Source: Chiloscyllium plagiosum | Taxonomy: Eukaryota | Direction: 5' to 3' | Length of the DNA: 60,305 bases | NCBI RefSeq assembly: GCF_004010195.1 | Contig: NC_057757.1 | Location: 9,497,013-9,557,317, forward strand | Shown here: positions 23,985-37,374 of the stretch, piece after piece | Layout of the letters: each line of letters starts with the position of its first letter | Numbering within the stretch: the first letter of the stretch is position 1 | Made by a program: the position numbers and the translations under genes | The notes under the pieces: model-generated | What the model was told of the DNA's origin: nothing | What the model saw: the letters and a program-made list of their open reading frames with translations, nothing else | Database searches by the model: none

Positions 23985-26345
23985 CAGGTGCCAGGGTCCG
24001 GGATGTCTCTGATTGAATCTACAAGATTCTGGTGGGGAGGATGAGCAGCTAGAGTTGGGGTACACATTGGCACCAATGACATAGCTAGGAAAAGGAATGA
24101 GGTTCCAAAAAGTGATTTCAAAGAGTTAGGTTGGAAGGATGAGCAGAGTAGTAATCTCAGGATTGCTATCGATGTCATGTACTAGTGAGGCGAGGAACAG
24201 GGAGCGAGTGCAGCTAAACACGTGGCTACAGCGCTGGTGTAGGAGGGAGGGCTTCAGATATGTCGATCATTGGGATACCTTCTGGGGAAGGTGGGACCTG
24301 TACATGAAAGACGGGTTGCACTTAAACTGGAGGGGCACCAATGTCCTGGGCAGATTTGCTGGGCATTTCAGGAGGGTTAAAACAAGTTTGGCAGGGGGAT
24401 GGGAACCAGAGGTGCAGGTCAGATCAGAAGAGAAGCTAGTTGTTGAAAGGGCAGAAATAGAATGCAGTGAGTCTGTCAGGAAGGATACACAGTTGTTACA
24501 GGAAAGGGATGGGTCAATGTCTGTCTGTTTCAATGCAAGGAGTGTCAGGAATAAGAGTGATGAACTTAGAGCACGGATCAGCACTTGGAACTTCGATGTT
24601 GTAGTCATAATGGAGACATGGATGTCACAGGGGCAGGAATGGTTGCTGGATGTTCCAGGGTTTAGATCTTGTGAAAAGAACTGGGAGGGGAGCAAAAGAG
24701 GAGAGAGAGTAGCATTGTGAGAGAGTGCAAAACAGCTGCAGAAGAGGAGGCTGTTGAGGAGGGTTTGTCTACTGAGCCAGTATGGGTGGACGTCAGTAAC
24801 AGGAAAGGAGCAGTCACTTTATTGGGTGTTATCTATATACCCCCCAGTAGCAGCAGAGAGATGGAAGAACAGATTGGACAGCAGATCTTGGAAAGGTGCT
24901 GCTGTAACAGAGTTGTTGTTGTTATGGGTAGCTTCAACTCACCCAATATTGATTGGAACCTCATCAATGCAGATGGTCTGGATGGAGCCAATTTTGTCAG
25001 GTGTGTCCAGGAAGGATTCTTGACTCAATATGTAGATAGGCCGACTAGGGGAGAGGCCATATTGGATTTGGTGTGAGGCAACAAGCCAGGCCAGGTGTCA
25101 GATCTCTCAGTGTGAGAGCATTTCGGTGACAGTGGCCACAACTGCCTCACCTTTACCATAGGATAAGAACAGACAGTATGGGAAGGTATTTAATTGGGGG
25201 AAGGGAAATTATACTGCTGTGGTGAAGGAGCCTTGGATGATGAGAAGAGGAGCTTCTCCTCAAGCGGAAGAAGGAAACTTACTTAAGTTTGAGGAAGCAA
25301 GGATCTGGCACAGCTTTAGAGGGTTACAGGGTGGCTAGGAAAGAATTCAAAACTGCACTGAGGAGAGCTAGAAGGGGCCATTGAAAGCCTTCAGAAAGGA
25401 TTAGGGAAAACTCAAATCATTCTACACTTATGTGAGGAATAAGAGAATAATCAGAGAGAGAGTAGGGATGATCAGGGACAGTGGAGGGAACCTGTGCCTG
25501 GAATCTGAAGAGGTAGTGGAGGCCCTAAATCAGTTTTTTGCTTCAGTATTCACTAGAGAGAGGGACCTTGTTGATAGTGAACACACCGTGGACCAGGTTA
25601 ATATGCTTGAACAGATTGATATTAAGGAAGTAGATGTACTGGAAATTCTGGGAAGCATCAAGATAGGATTTTTGGCAGTGTGGAGGAACAGTGGGATCTT
25701 AGGGTCCAAGTACATAAATCATTCAAAGTAGCCACCCAAGTTGATAGGGTTGTTAAGAAGGCAGATGGTGATTGAGTTTAAGAGATGTGAGGTTTTGCTG
25801 CAACTCTATAAAACCCTGGTTAGACCACACTTGGAATATTGTGTCCAGTTCTGGTGCCTCATTATAGGAAGGACGTAGATACTTTAGAGAGTGTGCAGAG
25901 GAGATTTACCAGGATGCTGCTGCTTGGATTGGAGGACATGTCTTATGAAGAGAGGTTGAGTGATCTTGGGCTTGTCACAGTGGAGGGAAGAAGAAAGAGA
26001 GGTGACTTGATAGAGGTGTACAAGGTAATGAGAGGCATAGATAAAGTAGATAGCCAGAGACTTTTCCCCAGGGCAGCAATGGTTGTCATGAGGGGTCATA
26101 GTTTTAAGGTGATCGAAGGAAGGTATAGGAGAGATGTCAGAGGTAGGTTCTTTACAAAGAGAGCGACGGATGTGTGGAATACACTGCCAGAGACATTAGG
26201 GACATTTAAGCGACTGCTGGACAAGCGCATGGACGGCAGTAAATTGAGGGGTTTGTAGGTTAGGTTGATCTTAGACTAAGATAAGTCCTCGGCACAACAT
26301 CGTGGACAAAGGGCCTGTACTGTGCTTTATGTTCTGTGTTCTATG
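23985..26345 (+). mobile_element. Internally deleted CR1 LINE with SGNH-esterase ORF1 end, endonuclease and 3' end
   Basis: VHIGTND..DGLHLN (esterase), FNARSV..METW and LESVQRRFTRM; tail (tgttcta)n. Confidence 0.9.
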
Positions 26346-26491
26346 TTCATATGAACATGGTTATATGTGCAAGCATGTGTTTAAGCATGTGAATATGTGT
26401 CTGTGTGTGAATAGGTGTATGTGTGTGAATATGTATACATGAATCTATGTGTGTGTGAGAATATATATATGTGTGTGTACATGTATGTGTG

Positions 26492-27017
26492 TCATACAGT
26501 CATAGAGTCATACATGGAAACTGACCCTTTGGTCCAACTAGACCCACCAACCATGTTGCCAAAGTAAACTAGTCTCACTTGCCTGCATTTGGCCCATATC
26601 TCTCTCAACCTTTCCTATTCGTGAACTTTTCCAAAGGTCTATTAAATGTTCTAACTGTACCTGCATCCACCACTTTCTCTGGGAATTCATTCCACATACA
26701 AACCATTCTCTGTATAAAATAACCTTAAAAATGCACCTCCGAGTTTTGAACTTCCTCACCCTAGGGAAACGATCTTTGCTATTCACCTTATGTATGCCCC
26801 TCATGATTTTATAAACCACTATCAGGTTGCCCCTCAACTGCCTGTGCTCCAGTGAAAAATATCTAAGCCTACCCAACCCATTTTTATAACTCAAATCCAG
26901 TCCCGGCAGCATTCTAATAAACCTTTCCAGTTTAATAATATCCTTCCCATAGCAGGGCAACCAGAACTGTACACAGTACCCCAGAAAAGGCCTCACCAAC
27001 ATCCTGTACAAACTCAA
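26492..27017 (-). mobile_element. CR1 3' fragment
   Basis: LYRMLVRPFLGYCVQFW; tail (atgact). Confidence 0.85.
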
Positions 27018-29890
27018 CATAGAACATAGAACAATACAGCACAGAACAGGCCCTTCGGCCCTCGATGTTGCTCCGACCTGTGAACTATTCTCAGTTCGCG
27101 CCCCCTACACTATCCCAAAATCACCGATGTGCTTATCTAAGGATTATTTAAATCTCCCTAATGTGGCTGAGTTGACTACATTGGCAGGTAGGGCATTCCA
27201 CACCCTTACCACTCTCTGCGTAAAGAACCTGCCTCTGACATCTGTCTTAAATCTATCACCCCTCAATTTGTAGTTGTGCCCCCTCGTACAAGCTGACATC
27301 ATCATCCTAGGAAAAAGTCTTTCACTGTCTCCTCTGTCTAATCCTCTGATCATCTTGTATGTCTCTATCAAATCCCCCCTTAGTCTTCTTCTTTCCAATG
27401 AGATCAGACCCAAGTCTCTCAGCCTTTCCTCATAAGACCTTCCCTCCAGACCAGGCAACATCCTGGTCAATCTCCTCTGCACCTTTTCCAATGCTTCTAC
27501 ATCCTTTCTGTACACCAGAACTGTGCACAATATTCCAAGTGTGGCCGCACCAGCATTTTGTATAGTTGCAGCATGACATTGCGGCTCCAGAACTCGATCA
27601 CTCTACGAATGAAACCTAACACACCGTATGCCTTCTTAACAGCTATATCCACCTGGGTGGCAACTTTCAGGGATCTATGCACATGGACTCCAAGATCCCT
27701 CTGCACATCCACACGACCAAGAATCTTTCCATTGACCCAGTAGTCTGCCTTCCTGTTATTCTTCCCAAAATGCACCACCTCACATTTAGCTGCATTGAGC
27801 TCCATTTGCCATCTCTCAGCCCAATTCTGCAGTTTATCCAAGTCCCCTGCAACCTGTAACATTCTTCCAAACTGTCCACTACTCCACCGACTTTAGTGTT
27901 GTCTGCAAATTTACTAATCCATCCACCTATGCCTGCAGCTAAGTCTTTTAAAAAATGACAAAAAGCAGTGGTCCCAAAACAGATCCTTGTGACACCACAC
28001 TAGTAACCGGACTCCAGGCTGAATATTTTCCATCAACCACCACTTGCCACGTCCTTTCAGAAAGCCAGTTTCTAATCCAAACTGCTAAATCACCCTCAAT
28101 TCCATGCCTCTGCATTTTCTCCATCAGCCTACCATGTGGAACCTTATGAAAAGCTTTACTGAAGTCCATGTATACCATGCCAACTGCCTTCCCCTCATCT
28201 ACATGCTTGGTCACCTTCTCAAAAAACTCAATGAGGTTTGTGAGACACAACCTGCCCTTGACAAAACTATGTTGACTATCTGAAATCAAATTGTTGCTTG
28301 CTAGATGATTATAAATCTTATCTCTTATAATCTTTTACAAAACCTTTCCTACAACAGAAGTAAGGCTCACTGGTCTATAATTACCTGGGTCATCTCTGCT
28401 GCCCTTCTTGAACAAGGGCACAACATTTTCAATTCTCCAGTCCTCAGGTACTAAACCTGTAGACAATGATGACTCAAATATCAAAGCCAAAGGCTCTGCT
28501 GTCTCCTCCCTAGCTTCTAAGTAAAAACAATGACTGCAGATGCTGGAAACCAGATTTTGGATTAGTGGTGCTGGAAGAGCACAGCAATTCAGGCAGCATC
28601 CGAGGAGCAGCAAAATCGAAGTTTCGTGCAAAAGCCCTTCATCAGGAATTCCTGATGCTGCCTGAACTGCTGTGCTCTTCCAGCACCACTAATCCAAAAC
28701 CCTCCCTAGCTTTCCAGAGAATCCTCGGATAAATCCCATCCAGCCCAGGGGACTTGTCTGCTTTCACTCCTTCGCGAATTGATAACATCTGTGTGTGACT
28801 AACCTCGATCCTTTCTAGTCTAATATCTTGTACCTTCTAAGTAAAAACAATGACTGCAGATGCTGGAAACCAGATTTTGGATTAGTGGTGCTGGAAGAGC
28901 ACAGCAGTTCAGGCAGCATCCGAGGAGCAGCAAAATCGACGTTTCGGGCATCAGGAACTCCTGATGCTGCCTCAACTGCTGTGCTCTTCCAGCACCACTA
29001 ATTCAAAACCCTCCCTAGCTTCCCAGAGCATCCTCGGATAAATCCCATCCGGCCCAGGGGACTTATCTGCTTTCACTCCTTCGCGAATTGATAACATCTG
29101 TGTGTGACTAACCTCAATCCTTTCTAGTCTAATATCTTGTACTTCATTCTTCTCCTCTGCAATATTCTCTTTTTCCTGAGTGAACACTGATAAGAAATGT
29201 TCATTTAGCACCTCTCCGATCTCTACAGGGTCGACACTTAACTTCCCACTTCCTATTCCTATCCTAGTCATCCTTGTAGTCCTCACATTCCTACAGAAAG
29301 CTTTAGGGTTCTCCTTTATTCTATTTGCTAAAGATTGCTCGTGCCCTCTCTTTGCTCTTCTTAACTCTCTCTTTAAATCCTTCCTAGCTGATCTGTAACT
29401 CTCCATCGCCTCATCTGAACCATCTTGTCTCTTCAACACATAAACAACACATAAAGTTACCTTATCACTTCCTCTCTGCCTGACAGGGACATACCTATCA
29501 AGGACATGCAATATCTGTTCCTTAAACCAGCTTCGAACGTCTGCATCCCCTGCATTTTGTTACCCCATTCTATACATCCTAATTCTTGCCTAATCCCTTG
29601 CCCTTGTCCCATTGATAACTCTTGACCTGTGGCATGGACCTATCCCAACTCTTATACTCAATGGTTTGAGCAATGGTGGCAATCGTGCTAAACTCTTTCT
29701 TAACCACCCTGTCTCCCTATGATGCAAATTTCAAAGAATTATTCCTGAACGCTTGAGTGTCTCTGTTGTACAAAACTACCCAGGGCCCTACCATTAATTG
29801 TATAAGTCCTGCTCTTGTTTCTTTTACCAAAATGCAATACCTCGCATTTAGACAAATTAAGCTCCATCTGCCATTCCTCAGTCCATTGAA
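27018..29890 (-). mobile_element. Decayed CR1 LINE(s) with a nested, duplicated PLE hairpin
   Basis: NYRPVSLTSVVGK, SQHSFVKGRLCLTNL, QGSVLGP and RPHLEYCAQFW. Confidence 0.9.
28514..29142. repeat. Tandem duplication (320 bp and 309 bp) of a PLE hairpin plus adjacent CR1 sequence
   Basis: Unit 1 is 28514-28833 and unit 2 is 28834-29142; both start cttctaagtaaaaacaatg and end aatatcttgtac. Confidence 0.88.
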
Positions 29891-30207
29891 TGTGTGTAAA
29901 TATATATGTGAATGTGTGTGAATATATATATATATGTGTGCATGTGTGTGTGAATATATATGTGGATGTGTGTGAATATATATGTATATACATGTGTGTG
30001 TGAATATATATGTGGATGTGTGTGAATATATATGTATATACATGTGCGTGTGTGAATATATATGTGTATGTGTGTGAATATATATATATGTGTGTGAATA
30101 TATATGTATATATGTGTGCATGTGTGAATATATATGTGTGCATGAATGTGTGTGTATGAATGTGTGTGTGTATGCGTGTGTGTGTGTGTGTGTGTATGCG
30201 TGTGTGT
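29890..30207. repeat. TG/TA compound microsatellite
   Basis: Visible directly. Confidence 0.95.
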
Positions 30208-31334
30208 TGGGGTGTGGCGGGTTTCTGAATGTGGGGCAAGAGCTACACTGGTGCCTCAGTCTGTTCCCTATGCTTTCTGACCTTCAGTCAGTGTACTATT
30301 GCATTTAATCCTGGTCTGATCCACAATGTTCTCTCTCCTCTGCTCCTTTTCTATCAATAGTTTCCTTCAGGTATTTTGTTGTGAGACAGTTGAAGACCTA
30401 ATCTGATGGAGATGGTGAAATGGCATGAATCCAGAGGCCTTTTGACCCATTCTGCCCCCAGCAGCACTGAAGGGACTGGTCTCACGTTGTTTGATTGGGT
30501 CCTGCTGAAGGATCCTGCTCTGGGTGGGCCCAATGCCTGCGTGGTTGGTGCTTCCCAAATTGACTTGGGGCGGGGGATGAGACAGGGTCTAGAAGAGGAT
30601 GACACCATCGTAATGGACCTAATGCAGGATTTAGGGTGCTGCTAGGGAGGCCCAGGAAATGTTTTACCCTCATTTCCCAGGGGATATTCTGTAAATATTT
30701 CTGCATCGTAGGCTCCTGATCCTGGAATTGAGCCGTTGTTGCAGCCAGTGTACATTCAATAATCCCAGCCTGGTGAGATTTAAAAGACTGACACAGTTTT
30801 ATTTTGTGAATCAGGCATTCAAATGTTGTTGAGTGAGTTACATAGGATGAACAAGTGCACCTTAATTGTTCCTTAAACTGTTGCCCCAGTTCCTTAAGGT
30901 TTTCCTGGTTTTCCCTGTTCCTTAACTTGTTCTTTCTGTATTCCTTAAGGTTTTCCCTGCTCCTATGCCTGTTCTTCAAGGTTTTCCCTGTTATTGAGCG
31001 TGTTCCTTTCCCTGTTCCTGTCTTGTGTTTCTTGGACAGTATGCAGGGGCCTGGGGCTGCATGTCTGTGTGCCAGCCAGCAGCATGAGGAACTAATAACT
31101 CCTCAAGATATCTTGTAAAAGTCTTGATTGCATTAAACATCCTCCATCCCCATCGGCTCGCGCTCAATTAGTCACCATCACCCCTTCTCTTTTGGTCCAC
31201 AATCAGGGTGCCCTTTTAATTTGCTTTATCAGGGTTGGTCATCCTGGTCTCATGTTAAGATAGACACCCCAGAGCTGGTCAATAGGGTGCAGCTGGTTAC
31301 TAGTCACTGGTTACTGGTTACTAGATGCTCTTAC

Positions 31335-31403
31335 CAGCTTTCAGCTTCTCCGTGCTTCCTTCAGGTTTGTTGGCCAATGGGCTGCTGTGATGCTTTGCCG
31401 ACT
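31335..31403 (-). CDS. PALM: Paralemmin internal exon, 69 nt, phase 1-1: (E)SAKHHSSPLANKPEGSTEKLKA
   Basis: Acceptor ccttactcttacag and donor G/gtaaga; open and in phase with both neighbours; resembles the PALM1 segment ending ..KA before AMY/FxVEI. Confidence 0.82.
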
Positions 31404-31844
31404 CTGTAAGAGTAAGGTGGAATTAGACAGGCCGACAGGACTGGGTGGTTGCCTGGTGTGACAGAGCCATCTCTGGGTTATCTCAAGCTCTTAACTTGTT
31501 AAAGCTGAACTCGTGGCATTCAATCTACCAACCTGCCAGGTTCAAAGGTTGCAATCTGAGGTCACCTTAAAAAAACATGCTATTGGTAAATAAAGTTTCC
31601 TTTCACAAGGGAACTTTACACTTTGCTGAAGTTTGATAGGAACAAAGGTTGTGATATGTTTGAAGACTGCAAAAAGGACCTACTGTGCACATTAATCCTC
31701 AGTGAGATTGTCCCGTTTATACATGATAAAGTCTGCAGAGTTTCCAAGGACTCTGAATAGGTGATAGCCCAGTCAGGTTGCATTCAATTTTATTTTGAGT
31801 TTTAACTGCAGGTTATGAGTTATATGACTCCAACATTTCATTTC

Positions 31845-32160
31845 ATAGACTCATAGAGCATGGAAACTGGTTCAACCGGTCCATGCTGACCATATTTCCA
31901 AACTAAATGAGTCCCACTTGCCCTTATTTGGCCCACATCCCTCCAAACCTTTTCCATTCATGAGCTTATTCTCATGTCTTTTAAATGAACCTGTATCCAC
32001 CACTTCCTCTGGAAACTTGTTCCACACATGAACCAGTCTGTGTAAAAAAGTTGTCCCTCATGTCCTTTTTAAATCTTTGTTCTCTCACCTTAAAAATATG
32101 CCCCCTACTGTTGAACTCCTCACCTTTCGTATTCACCTTATCTATGCCCCTCATGATTTC
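31845..32160 (-). mobile_element. CR1 3' fragment
   Basis: Similar to 26492-26830. Confidence 0.75.
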
Positions 32161-32313
32161 CTTAGTGATTTGTTTGAAGATGCTCAGGAATGACTGTGAG
32201 CAGTGTTAGAGCTTGTTTATCATGTGCCTATGACTTAATCAAAACTTGTAAAACTTGGGAATGATGCAGACTGCCTTGCCCACCTCAGAACAGTGTTCCA
32301 GCATAACCAGTAC

Positions 32314-32762
32314 AAAATCCCATGCAAGGACTGCACAAAACACTATATAGGACAAACAGGAAGACAGCTAACGATCCGCATCCACGAACATCAACTAGCC
32401 ACGAAACGACATGACCAGCTATCCCTAGTAGCCACAAACGCAGACGACAAGTAACATGAATTTGACTGGGACAACACTACCATTATAGGGCAAGCGAAAC
32501 AAAGACCAGCCAGGGAATTCCTAGAAGCATGGCACTCATCCACAAACTCCATCAACAAACACATAGACCTGGACCCAATATACTGGCCACTACAGCGACA
32601 GCTGAAACTGACAACTGGAAGTGGCAGGGACAGGCCACTATAAATGCTGGAGGAAACACCACAGAAGCGCTTCACAGGAAGCTCCCAAGCACTGAGGATG
32701 TCACCTAGACAGGGGACGAAACGTTTGCAACAAAAACTTCCAGCTCGGCGAACAGAACCACA
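32314..32762 (+). mobile_element. PLE family B 3' fragment with hammerhead motif at 32692-32725 (GUU triplet)
   Basis: KIPCKDCTKHYIGQTGRQLTIRIHEH (GIY-YIG); TSD ataaccagtac on both sides. Confidence 0.88.
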
Positions 32763-33177
32763 ATAACCAGTACCTTCATTTACTAGTGTTACTGGTGAAT
32801 TGCTACCTTTTCCTTCTGCACTTGCTATTTCAATGGAGCTTCTAACCTGTTTATTTCATGCAATCCAGTTTGTTTCAATCAGGTTTGCTTGCAGAGCAGG
32901 AAACATGAAGCTGTTGGATGAGGTCTGGGATTATTAGTTCTGCACTCCGAGTGGGAACCCAGACACATGGGGAGTACAGTGTTCCCAGCCCTTGTTTGTT
33001 CCCTGTGTGAGTGGTGCCTCCATAATTGAATTGAGTATGATGTAATGTTCATCACTGTCTGCTAATTGAAGAGATTAGAGAAGGGAGATGAACAGAGAGA
33101 GAGATCATTGGAAAGATAGAGAGAACTAGAGAGGGAAAAATGGAGAGAATTAGGCTGAGACAGACAAGGATGACAGT

Positions 33178-33327
33178 CGTGATTTGGAGATGACGGTGTT
33201 GGACTGGGGTGTACAAAATTAAAAATCACACAACACCAGGTTATAGTCCAACAGGTTTAATTGGAAGCACACTAGCTTTTGGAGCACTGCTCCTTCATCA
33301 ACCACCTGATGATGGAGCGGCGTTCCA
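33178..33327. mobile_element. Family C PLE-like terminus with two degenerate opposed hammerhead-like motifs
   Basis: Minus strand tgatga-a-ggagc-agt-gctcc-aaaagcta; plus strand ctgatgatggagcggcgttccaaag; imperfect TSD aaggat(g/a)acagt. Confidence 0.65.
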
Positions 33328-34079
33328 AAGGATAACAGTAATATTAATGCAGATATAGAGAAAGAGAGAGAGAAGGAGAGAGACAGCAAGAGAGAATTAG
33401 TAAAGAAAGACAGAGAGAGACAGGATTGTGGGAGATAGATGGAGAGGGTGAGTGACAGAGAAAACGAGAGAGCATTAGTGAAGAGAGACATGGATAGACA
33501 CAGATTTGATGGAGATAGAGAAAATGAGGGAGAATTACTGAAGACAGCAAGTCAGAGACAGAATGAGACTGATTAAGTGAGTGAGAGAGGAGTACATGTG
33601 AAGTCATCAATGGATATAAAGCTTGCCTTATGTTGTGATTACCTGGTTTACTAAAGGAAGGATTAACCCCAGAGAGATGGAGATTGTGTGAAAGCACTGT
33701 GAAAACTCTGCTTGTCCCCCAGGAATGGGCTGCTAAATGAATGGTGTGATATGAGGTTGAGTTTGGTGTTGTGATCGCAGTGTTGATCTCATCTGGGGCA
33801 GCAGGTGCATCGAGCCAGCTTGTTGGTTCATTGTTGGGTATCAACCTACCTTGGCACCAGATAGTCTAGACCAGACACAGGCACACAGGGTATAATTACA
33901 CATTCTGCAAAGATACTGGCACTGCGTAGTGTCACATTATCACAGAGTCACTCCTTAGGGAGACCATCTCAAACTTAAACTCAACAAAAACTCTGCTGAC
34001 TGAGAGTGTTGTTCAGCTTTAACCTCTAGGCCTGTTTCTACCGCCCAAGCTCTCAGATACTCTGATAAAAGACAGTTAG

Positions 34080-34731
34080 GCGAAGGTGAGGACTGCAGAT
34101 GCTGGAGATTAGAGTCGAGAGTGTGGTGCTGGAAAAGCACAGCAGGTCAGGCAGCATCCGAGGAGCAGGAGAATCGACGTTTCGGGCAAAGGCTCTTCAT
34201 CAGGAATGAGGTTGGGAACCTTAGGGGTGGAGCGATAAGTGGGAGCGAGGTGGGGCCAGGGGAAAGGTAACTGAGAGTGCGATAAATAGATGGAGGTGGG
34301 GGGTAAAGGTGGAACGGATAGGTGGGAAGGACGATGGTCAGGTAGGACAGGTCATGAGGAAGGTGCTGAGCTGGAAGGTTGGAACTGGGATAAAGTGGAT
34401 TTCACAACCTTCCTCATTTCCCCTCCCCACCTTACCCCAATTCCAACTTGCCCGCTCAGCACCATCCTCATGACCTGTCCTACCTGCCCATCTTCCTCCC
34501 CACCTATCCACTCCACCCTTCCCTCCCACCTACCACTTTTACTCCCACCTCCATCCACATATTGCGCTCTCAGCTACCTTACCCCAGCCCCACCCCCTTC
34601 CCATTTATCACTCTGCCCACTTGCCCACAAGCCTCATTCCTGATGAAAGGCATTTGCCCGAAAAGTCGTTTCTTCGGCTCCTCAGACGCTGCCTAATTTC
34701 CTGTGCTTTTCCAGCACCACACTCTCGGCTC
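34080..34731. mobile_element. PLE family A long fold-back insertion
   Basis: Diverged inverted arms of about 290 bp; TSD taaaagacagttag at 34066-34079 and 34732-34745; hammerhead-like motifs at 34176-34203 (-) and 34640-34667 (+, degenerate). Confidence 0.85.
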
Positions 34732-35249
34732 TAAAAGACAGTTAGCTTAAAATGTTCACTCTATTTCTCTCTCCTCTCTGGCCTCGTGACCATTTCCAGT
34801 ATTTCTGACTTTCATCTCTTCCTGTCCCCAACACATCGAATCCAAAACATTGAGTCTCATTCACAAATGCCTCCACAAGTTTAACCCAGTCCTCCAGCCT
34901 TAACCATCAGCCTGTGTAATTCCGACTCCCCCTTTGGCCTCGCTCCCTGAGACTCCCTCTCTGATTCCCTCTCAATTGCTGCATCTATTCTCACCTTTGA
35001 CCTCCACTGTCTGTAGTGCGCTTGCTCTGAGTGTTGCTTGTTTGTATTCATGATTTCTCCCTCTCATTCTCCCAATACTCGGCTCTCCTCATGGATGATC
35101 CCGGATTCTCGGAGTGGAGCCGAGCTTCATAGGTATATCCTCGCCTTCCACAGTGGGTGATTCCTGATCTTCAAAATACAGCCTCAATATCCTGGAGGCG
35201 CCATGGAAACAGCTCCCCCAGCCTCCTGTGCATATGGCAGCTCTAGCTC

Positions 35250-35690
35250 AAATTTGAGCTACAGGGAGAGACTAAATAGGCTGTTTTCCCTGGACTGTCA
35301 GAGGCTGAGGGATGACCTTATAGAGGTTTATAAAATCATGAGGGGCATGGATAGGGTAAATAGACAATGTCTTTTCCCTGGACTGGGGGGGTCCAGAACT
35401 AGAGGGCATAGGTTTAAGGTGAGAGGGGAAAGAGATAAAATGGATCAAAGGGGCAACTTTTTCATGCAGAGGGTGGTGTGTGTACGCAATGAACTGCCAG
35501 AGGAAGTGGTGGAGGCTGGTACAATTACAACATTTAAAAGACATCTGGATGGGTATATGAATAGGAAGGGGTTGGAGGGATATGGGCCGGGTGCTGGCAA
35601 ATGGGATTAGATTAGGTTAGGATATCTGGTTGGCATGGACGAGTTGGACCGAAGGGTCTGTTTCTGTGCTGCACATCTCTATGACTCCAC
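35250..35690 (+). mobile_element. CR1 3' fragment
   Basis: LSYRERLNRL..SRTRGH; closely similar to 16465-16905. Confidence 0.88.
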
Positions 35691-37352
35691 GGCAGGTGAA
35701 CCTGGACATTCTACCATCTAACCCTAGCCCATTCTGCAAAGGATCCTTTTGCTGACCTGTATCATGTCAATGATGCTAATCCAGTTTTTAAGCCCATCAT
35801 AAAACTGCTAACTGAAAACAACTAAACATTCACTGCAGAATCACACAGCAGGCCTTTCGGTCCATCAGACCTGCACCAGTTCCATCCCCTTGTGCCAATC
35901 TCCCGCCGATTCCCCTATCCCTGTATCCCATTTCTATCCAAATAACCGTCCTCTCAAATGCCTCAGTTGAATCACATTTCCAGGCAATGCATTCCACACA
36001 CTAACTACTCACTGAGTGAGAAAGTATATCTTTGCTTCAGCCTTGCTTCATTTCCACATCCCTTTCATTTTATACCCTCTTATTCTTGTTCCTTTTACAG
36101 TTTCTCCCTTTCTACTCTATCCAGCTCGGTCCTGATTTTGAAACCATTGAACAGACCTCCTATCAACCTCTCCTCTCCAAGGTCAACAGTCCCATCTTCT
36201 CCAGTCCTCAAAACTGGAATTCCTGGGACCACAATGATAAATCACTGGGCCCTTACCAATACATTCACATGCACAGTAACATTTTCACATTAATAATTCA
36301 CAACCACTGCCCACTGGAGGGCAGGGACTAAATAAAGACTGAGTTGGAGGGGAAAATAATATACTCCAGCCCCCTAAGGTGCCCACCTCTCTCTACAGGC
36401 ATCAAGGGTATTAGTAATTTGATGTGGGAGACGTACACTAATTAGATGACCTTTGACTTTCTGGTCAACAACACACTTCATAACAGACTAGTGCTTCCCA
36501 GACTGTCACTATGGAAGTTCTGTTTAGTTAGGAAATGAGAGACATTTTTGAATCAATCTGACCAGGGATGTCATTACACTCTCTGGAGCATGTGGGACTT
36601 GGAGCTGGGTGTCCCGGTCCAGGGGTAGGGTCACTGCCACTGAACCACTAGAGACTCCGTTGGAAGTGAAAATCAAGAGAGAAATTGCAAATCCAATTTT
36701 ATCTAATTAATCAACTTACACCCATCTCTGCCTGGAGTTAATGAGTTAACATGATTAATATCTGCTTACTCATGGGAATAAGGTTCAAGCTGGGGTGAGA
36801 GTTTAACTGCGGCTCCATTAACCCTCTGTATACACTTCTTTACAAAAATTTGAAGATGATTGCACCTTACAGTTTCTGTGCGCTGCGAGAGAGTGTGATG
36901 ATAATTGGCCGCTGTTTCCAAGCTTTTTGGCATTCTCATCTATTCCAGCTGATGGAGGGTCACTGTAACAGATACTCAATCTCCCTGAGCCCAACATCAA
37001 CTGCCAAAAGCAGGTGCAACAACCCCAATGAGGCGGTGTGTTTAACCTGAAAGAAAGACCATGCTCTCAGGTTGTTCAGCCAATATATAATGAGGGCCTG
37101 GGATCCTGTTGCTGCTTTAATGGGAATATAAATGGTCCTTCTCAGGTCTCTTTGTTGTAACTGGATTCTAATGAGGAATATCAAATTCCACTATATTTTC
37201 TCCAAAGTCTATATGGAAGTGGTTTGGATCTTTTGTTCTTGCTTATTATGAATGAAGTCTGCACAGAGTAAATGTGAAGTCTTATAAACACGTTCCACAC
37301 TCTGCACGATTAGCATCAACTGTTTCAAATTATCATGAATAAAACTACTCAC

Positions 37353-37374
37353 CACTGCCTTTGTTTGGAGAAAC
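37353..37374 (-). CDS. PALM: Paralemmin 22-nt microexon, phase 0-1 (VSPNKGS)
   Basis: Acceptor attattctcctcacag and donor G/gtgagt; supplies the 0-to-1 phase shift required between the flanking exons. Confidence 0.78.

Noticed and set aside
24139..24720. Host SGNH esterase gene
   Set aside because: It is CR1 ORF1 running into ORF2 endonuclease sequence within a decayed LINE.
29717..30308. H/T/Y/I-rich and C/V-rich ORFs (also 9523-9911 and 56826-57497)
   Set aside because: Translations of microsatellites.
32774..32846. Alternative PALM exon candidate (..EGKGSNSPVTLVNE)
   Set aside because: The possible acceptors lack a pyrimidine tract; 31335-31403 has better sites and better similarity.
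33643..33865. Pair of 16-nt and 8-nt microexon candidates that together keep frame
   Set aside because: No homology support; such short AG..GT matches arise by chance.
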